64,000 nt of DNA, taken from the IMG/VR virus record IMGVR_UViG_3300017917_005385. One strand, given 5' to 3'. The notes below the pieces were generated by a model, which did no database searches, was not told the origin of the DNA, and worked only from the letters and a program-made list of their open reading frames with translations. Shown in pieces: positions 44,732 to 54,109 of the stretch (position 1 is the stretch's first letter; every line of letters begins with the position of its first letter). The stretch comes from an uncultured virus (IMG/VR IMGVR_UViG_3300017917_005385). Its lineage: Duplodnaviria; Heunggongvirae; Uroviricota; Caudoviricetes. Both the position numbers and the translations under genes were made by a program.

Positions 44732-45313
44732 ATGAACTTGAAAGAGGAAATTAAAAATTGTTATAGTGTATCAGATTTTTGTAGATTATTAAATTTATCA
44801 CAAGGTGGTGGTGGATTTTCTAAAGCGAAAAAAATAATACAAGATAACAATCTGGATATATCACATTTTGATAAGGGTTACTTGAAAAGACAAAAGAATC
44901 CTAAAATTGAAAAGGTTTGTCCAGTTTGTGATAAGAAATTTGAAACGGTTACTTGGAGCAATAGAAAAGAAAAAGTTACTTGTTCTAAGTCGTGTGCTAA
45001 CTCTTACTTTAGAAGTGGTGTTGATAACCCAAACTGGAAAGAAGAATCATACAGAACTACTTGTTTTTATTATCACAAAAAAGAATGTATAATATGTGGT
45101 GAGGAAAAAATTGTAGAGGTTCATCATATGGATGAAAATCATATGAATAATAAACCCGAAAATTTAGTACCTTTGTGTCCTACTCATCATCAATATTGGC
45201 ACTCAAGATATAAAGAGGAAATAGAAGATAAAATATATAACTACATAAAAGAATTTAAAATGAGAACAACAACACAATACCAGCAACAACAACAAATTAA
45301 TCCAACGGATTGA
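44732..45313 (+). CDS. HNH homing endonuclease whose C-terminus reads in frame through leader peptide 7
   Basis: CPVC, CSKSC, CIICG...VHH.D.N..NN..ENL..LCP.HH. Confidence 0.85.
   Translation: MNLKEEIKNCYSVSDFCRLLNLSQGGGGFSKAKKIIQDNNLDISHFDKGYLKRQKNPKIEKVCPVCDKKFETVTWSNRKEKVTCSKSCANSYFRSGVDNPNWKEESYRTTCFYYHKKECIICGEEKIVEVHHMDENHMNNKPENLVPLCPTHHQYWHSRYKEEIEDKIYNYIKEFKMRTTTQYQQQQQINPTD
45260..45313 (+). CDS. leader peptide 7 (Gln): MRTTTQYQQQQQINPTD
   Basis: Own ATG after AATATATA (45232-45239); 6 Gln codons; terminator, three tRNA-Gln and glnS downstream. Confidence 0.85.
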   Translation: MRTTTQYQQQQQINPTD

Positions 45314-45338
45314 TAACGGTATTGTATTGTCAAAATTC

Positions 45339-45375
45339 AAACCCGAATCAATTCAAATTGGTTCGGGTTTTTTTT
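45339..45375 (+). terminator. attenuator terminator 7
   Basis: AAACCCGAATCAAT/ATTGGTTCGGGTTT plus U tract; ATTGAT..CGG around the leader stop complements the 5' arm. Confidence 0.88.
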
Positions 45376-45377
45376 AT

Positions 45378-45448
45378 TGTCTTATAGTGTAACGGCAGCA
45401 CAAGAGATTTTGACTCTCTTAGTCTAGGTTCGAATCCTAGTGAGACAA
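45378..45448 (+). tRNA. tRNA-Gln(TTG)
   Basis: agaga-ttTTGac-tctct. Confidence 0.9.
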
Positions 45449-45454
45449 CAACAT

Positions 45455-45526
45455 TGCTCTATAGTATATGGGTTATCATATCTGTCTTTGAAACAGATGA
45501 ACTTGGTTCGAGTCCAAGTGGAGCAA
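45455..45526 (+). tRNA. tRNA-Gln(TTG)
   Basis: tctgt-ctTTGaa-acaga. Confidence 0.85.
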
Positions 45527-45533
45527 CAAACAA

Positions 45534-45604
45534 TGCCTCGTAGTGTAATGGCAACACAGAAGATTTTGACTCTTCTATTCTAGGTTCGAGTCCTAGCGAG
45601 GCAA
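45534..45604 (+). tRNA. tRNA-Gln(TTG)
   Basis: gaaga-ttTTGac-tcttc. Confidence 0.9.
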
Positions 45605-45633
45605 CTAAAAATAACATAAAAGATATAAATACT

Positions 45634-47238
45634 ATGAATTTCATTGAAGAAAAAATATTAGATAAAGGTAATCTTGATAAATTAACTTTAAGATTCCCAC
45701 CAGAGCCAAATGGTTATTTACATATTGGTCACGCTAAATCCATTATCTTAAATTTTGGATTGGCTGAAAAATATAATAGACCTTGTAACTTGAGATTTGA
45801 TGATACAAATCCAACTACTGAAGATACACATTTTGTTGAATCTATAATAAAAGATATAGAATGGTTAGGCTACAAGCCTGCTAATATTTTCTATACATCT
45901 GATTACTTTGAATTTATTTACAAATGTGCTGTTACTTTAATTAAGAAAGGTCTAGCTTATGTTGATGATTCAACATCTGAAGAAATTGCTAACTTAAAAG
46001 GAACACCCACAGTTGCTGGTAAAGATTCACCATACAAGTCAAGAACTATTGAAGAAAACTTAGATCTATTTAATAGAATGAGATTAGGTGAATTTGTTGA
46101 AGGTTCTAAAATTCTTAGAGCTAACATTGATATGGCTTCTCCTAATATGATTTTAAGAGATCCTGTTATTTATAGAATAATATCTAAGTCACATCATAGA
46201 ACTGGTGATACTTGGAAGATTTATCCAATGTATGATTTTGCTCATCCTTTAAGTGATTATAACGAAGGTATTACTGATTCTTTATGTACTTTAGAATTTG
46301 AAGTTCATAGACCTTTATATATGTGGGTCTTAGAAAATTGTGATTTAGAAAATCCTTTACCAGAAGAAACTGAGTTTGCTCGTTTGAACATTGACTATAC
46401 AGTTATGTCAAAGAGAAAGTTAAAGAGATTAGTTGAAGAATCTTATGTTGATGGTTGGGATGATCCAAGAATGCCTACTATCTCTGGATTAAGAAGAAGA
46501 GGTTATACACCAAGTGCTATTAAAGATTTTTGTGATAGAATTTCTGTTACTAGAAAAGATGGTGTTGTTTCTTATTCTTTACTTGAAGAATGTCTAAGAA
46601 CCGAATTGAATAAGACTGCTCCAAGATTAATGGGTGTCATGGATCCTGTTAAGTTAGTTGTTACTAATTTTGAAGGTGAAGGATATTGTGAAATTGACAA
46701 TAATCCAGAAGATGAAAATGCTGGTAAAAGAAAAGTTTCTTATTGTAATGAATTTTGGATTGAAAAAGAAGATTTCAGAGAAGAAGCCAATAACAAATAT
46801 CACAGATTAAAGTTAGGTGGTGAAGTTAGATTAAAAGGATTGTTTATAGTTAAAGCCAATGAAATAATTAAAGATGAAAACGGTGAAATTATAGAAATCA
46901 GATGTACTTATGACCACGATGCTTGGATTGGTGTTACTGAAAAGAGGGTTAAAGGTACTATTCACTGGGTTTCTGTTAACCACGGAGTTAAGATGAAAGT
47001 AAACGATTATGATAGATTATTTATCAATAGTTCACCAGACAAAGGAGATGAAGATTTTACAACTCATGTCAATCCTAACTCATTAGTTATTAATGATAAT
47101 GCTATCTTTGAGGAAAATGTAAAAGATTGTAAAGTAGGTGTGCCTGTTCAAATGATGAGAAAAGGTTACTATGTTTTAGATAAAGATGGTAAGTCTTGGA
47201 ACAGAACTGTAAGTTTGAAAGAAGGATGGGTAGGTTAA
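45634..47238 (+). CDS. glnS: glutamine--tRNA ligase
   Basis: RFPPEPNGYLHIGHAK, IYPMYDFAH, SLCTLEF, MSKRKL, GWDDPRMPT, KGTIHWVS. Confidence 0.96.
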   Translation: MNFIEEKILDKGNLDKLTLRFPPEPNGYLHIGHAKSIILNFGLAEKYNRPCNLRFDDTNPTTEDTHFVESIIKDIEWLGYKPANIFYTSDYFEFIYKCAVTLIKKGLAYVDDSTSEEIANLKGTPTVAGKDSPYKSRTIEENLDLFNRMRLGEFVEGSKILRANIDMASPNMILRDPVIYRIISKSHHRTGDTWKIYPMYDFAHPLSDYNEGITDSLCTLEFEVHRPLYMWVLENCDLENPLPEETEFARLNIDYTVMSKRKLKRLVEESYVDGWDDPRMPTISGLRRRGYTPSAIKDFCDRISVTRKDGVVSYSLLEECLRTELNKTAPRLMGVMDPVKLVVTNFEGEGYCEIDNNPEDENAGKRKVSYCNEFWIEKEDFREEANNKYHRLKLGGEVRLKGLFIVKANEIIKDENGEIIEIRCTYDHDAWIGVTEKRVKGTIHWVSVNHGVKMKVNDYDRLFINSSPDKGDEDFTTHVNPNSLVINDNAIFEENVKDCKVGVPVQMMRKGYYVLDKDGKSWNRTVSLKEGWVG

Positions 47239-47630
47239 ATAGCCTCCCATCTTCCATCTGATAGAAATCTATAAGAACCTATAAATTCAAATTTATTCCA
47301 TTGATCTGGTGATATTAAAGAAATTAACTCTTCGCCAGATTCTTTTTTATATAAATGATAAGTTTCACCGGATATTGGTTCAAAATTATGACTTGCATTA
47401 TAGAGTCTTTCATTCATTTTAATTTCAGACATTAACTTTTCATACTCTTTAGTCATTTCTTCAAATTTTGAAGAATAGTATTTTTTTATTTTAGAAGTTT
47501 TTTCCTTCTTAAAAAGACTAATGTTATCGGGTTCAAATTTTGGCGCGCCTACTTCCGTTGGATAGGCTTTAATCATCCTATTTTCAACAAAACTGTCAGG
47601 CATTTTCTTTTTCTCCATACACTTATACAT
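47235..47630 (-). CDS. DUF2452-like protein
   Basis: YPTEVGAPKF...FEPISGETYHLY...LISP..W. Confidence 0.65.
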   Translation of the reverse strand: MYKCMEKKKMPDSFVENRMIKAYPTEVGAPKFEPDNISLFKKEKTSKIKKYYSSKFEEMTKEYEKLMSEIKMNERLYNASHNFEPISGETYHLYKKESGEELISLISPDQWNKFEFIGSYRFLSDGRWEAI

Positions 47631-47732
47631 ATAAGTAATAATATTGTTTATAAAATGATATCATGATGTTTCATGAATTAAATTTTATTATATTGAATTT
47701 TTTTTACTATATTTGTATAATATATAATTGAC

Positions 47733-48188
47733 ATGCTCTGCGTATATAAATTTAACTTTACTAAGTCTCCATTTGACTTAAATGATGACTATGACAGACT
47801 ATCTGACATAGACAAGGAGAAGATTGCAGATATGGAAGCAGAATCATTTATAGATTATGAAGAAGATAATAACTATTCATTTTTTATTATTGCTGAACCA
47901 ACAGAAATTAAAAAATACACAAATGTTTTAGATGAGAATCTAATTAGTTATCGAATGAAAGATGTATCAAGTGAAATACTAAATGGTACTTTTAAAGTAG
48001 AGGACTATATATCAGATAAAAGTATTATTTCTTTTAATTCATTAAAATATTCATTTTTTATTGATGATTTAAATGAATGGATATACAACAATTTAGATAT
48101 TGATACTATATTAGATAGGATATCTTCAGTTGGAATGAAATCTCTAACAAATATTGAAAAAGAATTTCTTAAAAATTATAATTTATGA
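47733..48188 (+). CDS. hypothetical protein
   Basis: C-terminal DIDTILDRISSVGMKSLT..EKEFL motif. Confidence 0.65.
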   Translation: MLCVYKFNFTKSPFDLNDDYDRLSDIDKEKIADMEAESFIDYEEDNNYSFFIIAEPTEIKKYTNVLDENLISYRMKDVSSEILNGTFKVEDYISDKSIISFNSLKYSFFIDDLNEWIYNNLDIDTILDRISSVGMKSLTNIEKEFLKNYNL

Positions 48189-48364
48189 AAAAAATAAAAG
48201 AACTAAGAGCTAGATTTACAAGAAGTTGGGCTCAACCAATGGCTGACTTTTTAATTGAAAGATTGGAAAAGTCAGTAGAAGAACAAGAATTTGAAACTTG
48301 GTTCACAATGGCATTGCATTTGGACCTTTATTGTACAAACAAAGGAATCTATTTAAATTAAACA

Positions 48365-48778
48365 ATGAATTTATTTTTAGACGACATCAGAATTCCTGGA
48401 ATGTCACACAACGAAACTAGAGGATTAGGAATAGATTATTTACCTACTGATAAGTGGGTAATAGCTCGTGACTATTTTAAATTTATCGAAATTGTTAATA
48501 AACATTTTGATGAAATAAAATTAGTTTCATTTGATCATGATTTGGCTTGTGTTAAAGATGGAAAAGAATATACTGGAAAAGATGCGGTTGATTATTTAAT
48601 TAACTACTGTTTGGATAATGATAAAAATTTTCCAGATTGGTATGCTCACACTGACAACACATCTGGTCGTCAAAATATTATTGGTGCTATTACTTCTTAC
48701 TTAAAAAGAGTAGAAGGTAAAGACCTATCTGATTTTAGATACTATCATAACGGAATTGTTAAAAACAAATTTGTATGA
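48365..48778 (+). CDS. cyclic-phosphate processing receiver-like domain protein
   Basis: LFLDDIR, SFDHDL, TGKD, HTDN..G. Confidence 0.7.
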   Translation: MNLFLDDIRIPGMSHNETRGLGIDYLPTDKWVIARDYFKFIEIVNKHFDEIKLVSFDHDLACVKDGKEYTGKDAVDYLINYCLDNDKNFPDWYAHTDNTSGRQNIIGAITSYLKRVEGKDLSDFRYYHNGIVKNKFV

Positions 48779-49077
48779 CATTTATTGAAAGACACTTAAT
48801 TCAAAAAATCAACGATCAAATTAAACAAAAGCAATCTGTGCTAAAGCACGAACATTTTTATTGGTTTGATGAACCAATAAAACATAATAAAAAAGTCATA
48901 GATCGTATCAATAGATGGAATCCATATTATAAAGATGAGATTTTACCTTCTAGTTGGTATTCTTTTAGTGGAAGTGTTTTAAGAGAAATATTTTTTAAAT
49001 TAAAAAATAATGACTTTTACATCTATAAGAAGTTAGATGATGGTAAAAGTTACAAAACAAGAATAAAAAAGAAGTGA
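48775..49077 (+). CDS. hypothetical protein
   Basis: ATGA overlap within operon. Confidence 0.6.
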   Translation: MTFIERHLIQKINDQIKQKQSVLKHEHFYWFDEPIKHNKKVIDRINRWNPYYKDEILPSSWYSFSGSVLREIFFKLKNNDFYIYKKLDDGKSYKTRIKKK

Positions 49078-49790
49078 AAATAAGAGGATTCAATTTTAAG
49101 TATTGCACTGAGTATGATTACGACTCACATCGTGACTGTTATAGTCATGGTTGTGATGATGAAGGTATTTGTCGTTGTAGTACAATTGAAAATGCTCATA
49201 TCATTTCTGTTGATGTTACTAAGATGGTAACAGATATCAGAGAAGAATATTTTGATAATTCACAAGCATCTATAAGAAACTCTAAAATAAACTCTGTTCT
49301 AGGTAATATCACAAATGATATTGACACATATACTATTGATAGAATTTTAAGAATCAATGGTGCGTATGAACCTTCTAATTGGGAGATTCAAATTTGCGGT
49401 GGATATTATGGTCAAGAAATTGATGATATTATTCTTGAAGATTTTGTTGCTTCTAAAATTGAAAAACAATTAGAAGAAGCATTTGAGATAAATGATCTTA
49501 CAAAAAGAATTGAGTATCTTCTAAAACTAGAATACGGTTACATTTTACCAGAATTAAAAGACTGTAAATATGAAGTAGATACTGTTCTAAGAGATAAAAT
49601 AATATTTGGTAGCAAAAACCAACATAAAAAAGTAGCTACTGAAAAATTATCACATTACTCGGATAAGAACTACGATTCTTATCGTGGTATTGTTATACCT
49701 AAAGATGATGAATATCGCTTAATTGATGGTTACCATAGATGTTTTGCTTCTGAAAATATGAGAGTTGAGGTTATAAAAGCTATTAAATAG
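49074..49790 (+). CDS. protein with C-terminal ParB/Srx-like motif
   Basis: YRLIDGYHR; Cys-rich N-terminus. Confidence 0.6.
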   Translation: MKIRGFNFKYCTEYDYDSHRDCYSHGCDDEGICRCSTIENAHIISVDVTKMVTDIREEYFDNSQASIRNSKINSVLGNITNDIDTYTIDRILRINGAYEPSNWEIQICGGYYGQEIDDIILEDFVASKIEKQLEEAFEINDLTKRIEYLLKLEYGYILPELKDCKYEVDTVLRDKIIFGSKNQHKKVATEKLSHYSDKNYDSYRGIVIPKDDEYRLIDGYHRCFASENMRVEVIKAIK

Positions 49791-49980
49791 CCAGGATATA
49801 TCCTCCCCTGTTTATAAATTCAGACCAACCACCTGACCAGTTTTCTACTTCATTATTATCTAACCATTGAATTTGAGAAAAATATTCGTCTAATAAAATT
49901 CCATTTCTACCATTTAACTCAACATTATCACCTTTAATAGGTGTATAGCCTGTATCATTAATTTGTCTCATTTTAATATT

Positions 49981-51072
49981 TTATTTTATATAAACAGCGT
50001 ATGTTTTAATATCAGTTCTTTGTGAGGTTGAGGATGTAGAAACGTTTGCCATACCATAAATATTGTTACTGCTAATATTTGTCCAAGAACCTGAACCCTG
50101 AGCATTTCCACTTCTTCCTTGTGGATCTGGATAAGCAGTTGAAGGACCACAAACTGTCCACCAAACTTGACCGGACTGATAAATCCAATCACCTGGTGCA
50201 TTAACATTGAGTGATCCAGTCATTAGGGTATGACCTTTAATTCCTGACCAACTACCACCCATTGGTGTGTTGTTTGCAAGAACAGCACTTTGTGTTGATG
50301 AGAATGTTCTACTTATTATTAAGTTTCCTGGATTATTATAAACTACTTTGTTTGCTATTTCCATTCCAGATAATAATGGTATAACCGATGCTGTAGTCGA
50401 AGCCATCTTCATAACTTGAGTACACTGATAAACTCCATTATTGTACCAAATATCTTGAACATCAACATTAAATTTACTTGAGAATGATCCTGATGTGTAG
50501 CTCCAAACATTAGGATAAGGAACGCCCGAAGTAACTGTATTTGTTGGGTTGTAAGATATCAGCATCCAACCACCACCTTCATCCACCATGTTACAATATA
50601 CTTGTTTAGGAGAAGCCATTGTTGATGTTTTAATATAATACCAACCTGATGTGGTTTGACCGGAGTTATAAATAGCTTGAGCACTTACAGCAGGATTTGC
50701 TAAAGTACCTAGTGTTGATGATGAACCATCATAGGACGTATAATAACCATTTGTATTTAACCACTCAGCAGCAACAGATGCTGTTAAAAAAGATTGACCT
50801 GTTACATTTTGAACTAAAAATAAAAACTCATCATCTGATTTTATAGGTGTTCTTCTGAATCCAACGGCAGGCGATGATATAAGAACGCCCTTTGTTTTTC
50901 TATTTGAAGATGAATCAGTATAACCAATAACATAACCTACACTTTCATCTGGTCCATTCCACCAAGTAACATTTCCACCACCTTTTGAGTTATTTGAAAC
51001 TGCTAAATTTCCAGATTGACTAGCTCCTGGTATACTAGCTCCTGAATTATATGCAAATAATCTTCCTGACAT
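49981..51072 (-). CDS. fibrinogen-C-like domain protein, probable virion protein
   Basis: SGWYYIK...VYCNM..EGGGWMLI; AATATATA upstream. Confidence 0.7.
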   Translation of the reverse strand: MSGRLFAYNSGASIPGASQSGNLAVSNNSKGGGNVTWWNGPDESVGYVIGYTDSSSNRKTKGVLISSPAVGFRRTPIKSDDEFLFLVQNVTGQSFLTASVAAEWLNTNGYYTSYDGSSSTLGTLANPAVSAQAIYNSGQTTSGWYYIKTSTMASPKQVYCNMVDEGGGWMLISYNPTNTVTSGVPYPNVWSYTSGSFSSKFNVDVQDIWYNNGVYQCTQVMKMASTTASVIPLLSGMEIANKVVYNNPGNLIISRTFSSTQSAVLANNTPMGGSWSGIKGHTLMTGSLNVNAPGDWIYQSGQVWWTVCGPSTAYPDPQGRSGNAQGSGSWTNISSNNIYGMANVSTSSTSQRTDIKTYAVYIK

Positions 51073-51104
51073 AAACTATATATTAGTTTTTGATTATAAC
51101 AACT

Positions 51105-51554
51105 ATGATAGATTTTTTCCAAAATGGAAGTCAGTTAGGAATTACCATATCCGGTATTAGTGGTGGTTTATTATTATTTTACATTATTATAGAAATATGT
51201 CTATTAATAGTAACAGGAACATTATTATGGAGAAAGATTTTAATAGGATTTAGAGTTTGGAGAAATATAAATAGAGTTATACCAAGTTGGTGGAAAGTTA
51301 ATAAAATTTCTCTTATAACAATTTCTAAGAAAAAAAATAATCTTTTAGATTGGAATTATGAATGTTATGTATCTGTCTCATCAAAGTGTGTTGATGGTCT
51401 TTGGACTAACGATTTTGTTAAAACAAATAGTTGGGGTAAGATTATAAAATCTAATATATTAGATAATATAAATTCTTTAGATATTAAGAATGAGTATATT
51501 ATAAAACAATATAATAGAGATTCTATTTTAGAAGAATTAGGAATTAATAATTAA
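51105..51554 (+). CDS. hypothetical membrane protein with C-terminal RDSILEELGI motif
   Basis: Transmembrane segment; recurrent motif. Confidence 0.55.
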   Translation: MIDFFQNGSQLGITISGISGGLLLFYIIIEICLLIVTGTLLWRKILIGFRVWRNINRVIPSWWKVNKISLITISKKKNNLLDWNYECYVSVSSKCVDGLWTNDFVKTNSWGKIIKSNILDNINSLDIKNEYIIKQYNRDSILEELGINN

Positions 51555-53439
51555 GTGTATAATACTTATCGCTGTCTATATCGTCTAAACGATCAACACA
51601 TTTATCTTTTAACTTTTGTATATTATTTAGATACTGACGTTCTTCTTCTTCGTCAAATTTAAGTCTTTGTTGACCTTTGCCATCTAAAATACTATTGTAC
51701 TTTTTAATTAAAGGTAATGATCTATCTTGAATATCTTTTAATAAGTAACTTATATCTTCACTATAGCTAAAAGCATCAACTGTTTTTCTATCAGCTTTAT
51801 TTACTTTACAACCTAAAATAATTGCATCAATTGCAATTAAGTATTCAGTACCCATTAAATCTACAGAATCAGATTCTATTACTTTATAAACTGTTTCTTC
51901 AAATATTTTTGGAATCCAATTATAATCTGAGTCTTTAGTAAGAACATCTTGACTTGCTCCAGAATAGTCATCCCAATCACTAAACTTATCAGAAAGGAAT
52001 TTAAACCAAGTCATGCTTTTATACTCTCTTTCAAAGACAATATCACTATCTGATTCTTCCATCCAACTATCATCTGGACTAGGTACATCACCATCCGAAT
52101 AAATATCTGTAACTACTCTTACGGCATCATCAGAAAATATATGCTCTTGATAAACCTCAGAGTAAACGGTATCATCTATATGATAATACTCATTGTCTCT
52201 ACATTTAATAATATCATCATAGTCTTCAGGGTACCAACCTCTATGATGTCTAGATCCTCTGGTTACATTAACTGCATAGTCTCTTAATATACTATCACCT
52301 AAATGTTCAGAATAAACAGCCTCATCTTCTGGTATCATTCTATCATGCCATTCAGACCAAACACCACCTTCAACTTCAGTGTAACCACCACCAGTATCAT
52401 CTAAAATATAACAACCTTCATACTCTGAACCAGTTTCATCATCATTATATAATATACCGGTTTCAGGGTCATATCTTCTAAATGTATCCATGTAAGGATA
52501 GTTTTTATATCTTTTAGAATCGACTTTAACAGTCATGTTTAAGTTTTTATCTTCTCCATTTACACTAACTGTTGTATAACTATGGTGATTGTTATATGAT
52601 TTATAAGACCATCCTTGTTCTTTAGCATAGTTTCTAAACTTTTGAACATCAGAATCTTTTATAGTATATTGTCTATCCATAAAATACTCTGGTGCTCCTT
52701 CAAGGTCGGTTCTACCTGTTTTAATAGAATTTAATTTCCAAACAAGCGCTCTACCTATTAATTTATCATCTTCAACTAATATTAGTAATTTACAAACATC
52801 TTGGTTTTGAATATAGATATCGAATAAATTTGATTTTTTAGCCATACAAGAGTTACCTAGAGTACCAGACATTTCTTTATAATTCTCATAGTAATACCAT
52901 TTAGCAATATCTTCACCTTCAACTAAATCAAATGTTTCACCAGATTTCAATAACTGAGCTTTAAAGTTGTTTATGAACTCTTCAATTTGTTTAGAGTTAT
53001 ATTTACCAGGAAATAACTTATTAACAAATCTACCTATACCTATCTCGTTTCTTGATTTAACAAAAACACCAGTTCCTCTAGATTGAGTTTCTGTATCAAG
53101 TTCATATAGCTCTTTAGAGTAATCTTTAAAATCTGGTAAAGTTTTGTTATCTATTTCCTGAGCCCACTCCATATTAGGATATTTAGCAAGAATTAAAGGC
53201 TTAGCATTTTTCATTGTAATAAAAGAAAGATAGCCTTCTTTACCTAAGTCTACAAAAGTAATATCTGGTTTAACATCAGTTCCTTCAGATGCTAGTATAT
53301 CTTCTGCAATATCACTAGTATTTTTAGTAAATACTTTACCTAATACTTTTCTAACATTTGGTGAGAAATACAAGAAAGATTCGTTAATCATCTTTTCTAA
53401 TATTATATCTTCTGTGAAACTATTATATCTTGATAACAT
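51544..53439 (-). CDS. large hypothetical phage protein
   Basis: 631 aa; NSCM...GRALVW...MDRQY...YPYMDTF motifs. Confidence 0.7.
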   Translation of the reverse strand: MLSRYNSFTEDIILEKMINESFLYFSPNVRKVLGKVFTKNTSDIAEDILASEGTDVKPDITFVDLGKEGYLSFITMKNAKPLILAKYPNMEWAQEIDNKTLPDFKDYSKELYELDTETQSRGTGVFVKSRNEIGIGRFVNKLFPGKYNSKQIEEFINNFKAQLLKSGETFDLVEGEDIAKWYYYENYKEMSGTLGNSCMAKKSNLFDIYIQNQDVCKLLILVEDDKLIGRALVWKLNSIKTGRTDLEGAPEYFMDRQYTIKDSDVQKFRNYAKEQGWSYKSYNNHHSYTTVSVNGEDKNLNMTVKVDSKRYKNYPYMDTFRRYDPETGILYNDDETGSEYEGCYILDDTGGGYTEVEGGVWSEWHDRMIPEDEAVYSEHLGDSILRDYAVNVTRGSRHHRGWYPEDYDDIIKCRDNEYYHIDDTVYSEVYQEHIFSDDAVRVVTDIYSDGDVPSPDDSWMEESDSDIVFEREYKSMTWFKFLSDKFSDWDDYSGASQDVLTKDSDYNWIPKIFEETVYKVIESDSVDLMGTEYLIAIDAIILGCKVNKADRKTVDAFSYSEDISYLLKDIQDRSLPLIKKYNSILDGKGQQRLKFDEEEERQYLNNIQKLKDKCVDRLDDIDSDKYYTLNY

Positions 53440-53502
53440 ATAAAACTATATATTAAAATAATATTGACAAATTAATAAATATATCATATCTTTGTAAATC
53501 AA

Positions 53503-54108
53503 ATGGGAAAAGTTAAAACATTTAATCAGTTTAATACAAGTGAGTGGATTGGTCCTCTTACTATATTAGATATTAAAGAAAATACGGTTTATACAAACTT
53601 TGGTAACTTCTTTAATCAGTCCGGTAATAAATTAACCGTTGGTTACTCTTATATTTTAAGAGTTGTAAATAATGAAATCGTTGATACGGGAATGTCTTGT
53701 GTCGACCTTGTTGTACTTGTAGATACTGGTTCAAATTATAAAGTACTATCTATTAAGAGAGGAAAAGAACCATTCAAAGGAATGTGGGCTAATCCAGGTG
53801 GTAATATTGATGAAGGTGAGCGACCTGTTGATGCTGCTGTTCGTGAATTAGAAGAAGAGACTGGTTTAATGATACCAGCTAAGTATTTTACTTATATTGG
53901 TGCTTTTGATAAACCTTATAGAGATCCTAGAAGTAAAAATTGTGTTAGTCACGCTTTTGCTATTCAATTAGATGAAATACCATTTGTTATAGCAGGTGAT
54001 GATGCTACTGAATGTACTTGGAATGATGTAAGTTATGATGGTGATGTAACTGTTGATATGGCATTTGACCACGCAGAGATAATTAAAAAATCTATTCAAA
54101 CAATATAA
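53503..54108 (+). CDS. Nudix hydrolase (ADP-ribose pyrophosphatase-like)
   Basis: GG.IDEGE....AAVRELEEETG; RDPR; AGDDA; AFDH. Confidence 0.9.
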   Translation: MGKVKTFNQFNTSEWIGPLTILDIKENTVYTNFGNFFNQSGNKLTVGYSYILRVVNNEIVDTGMSCVDLVVLVDTGSNYKVLSIKRGKEPFKGMWANPGGNIDEGERPVDAAVRELEEETGLMIPAKYFTYIGAFDKPYRDPRSKNCVSHAFAIQLDEIPFVIAGDDATECTWNDVSYDGDVTVDMAFDHAEIIKKSIQTI

Positions 54109-54109
54109 T

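Noticed and set aside
9937..45610. HDV-like (theta) ribozymes at tRNA 3' ends
   Set aside because: Most spacers are 4-15 nt and A-rich, and no nested double pseudoknot was recognisable by eye in the longer ones. A motif search would be needed to exclude them fully.
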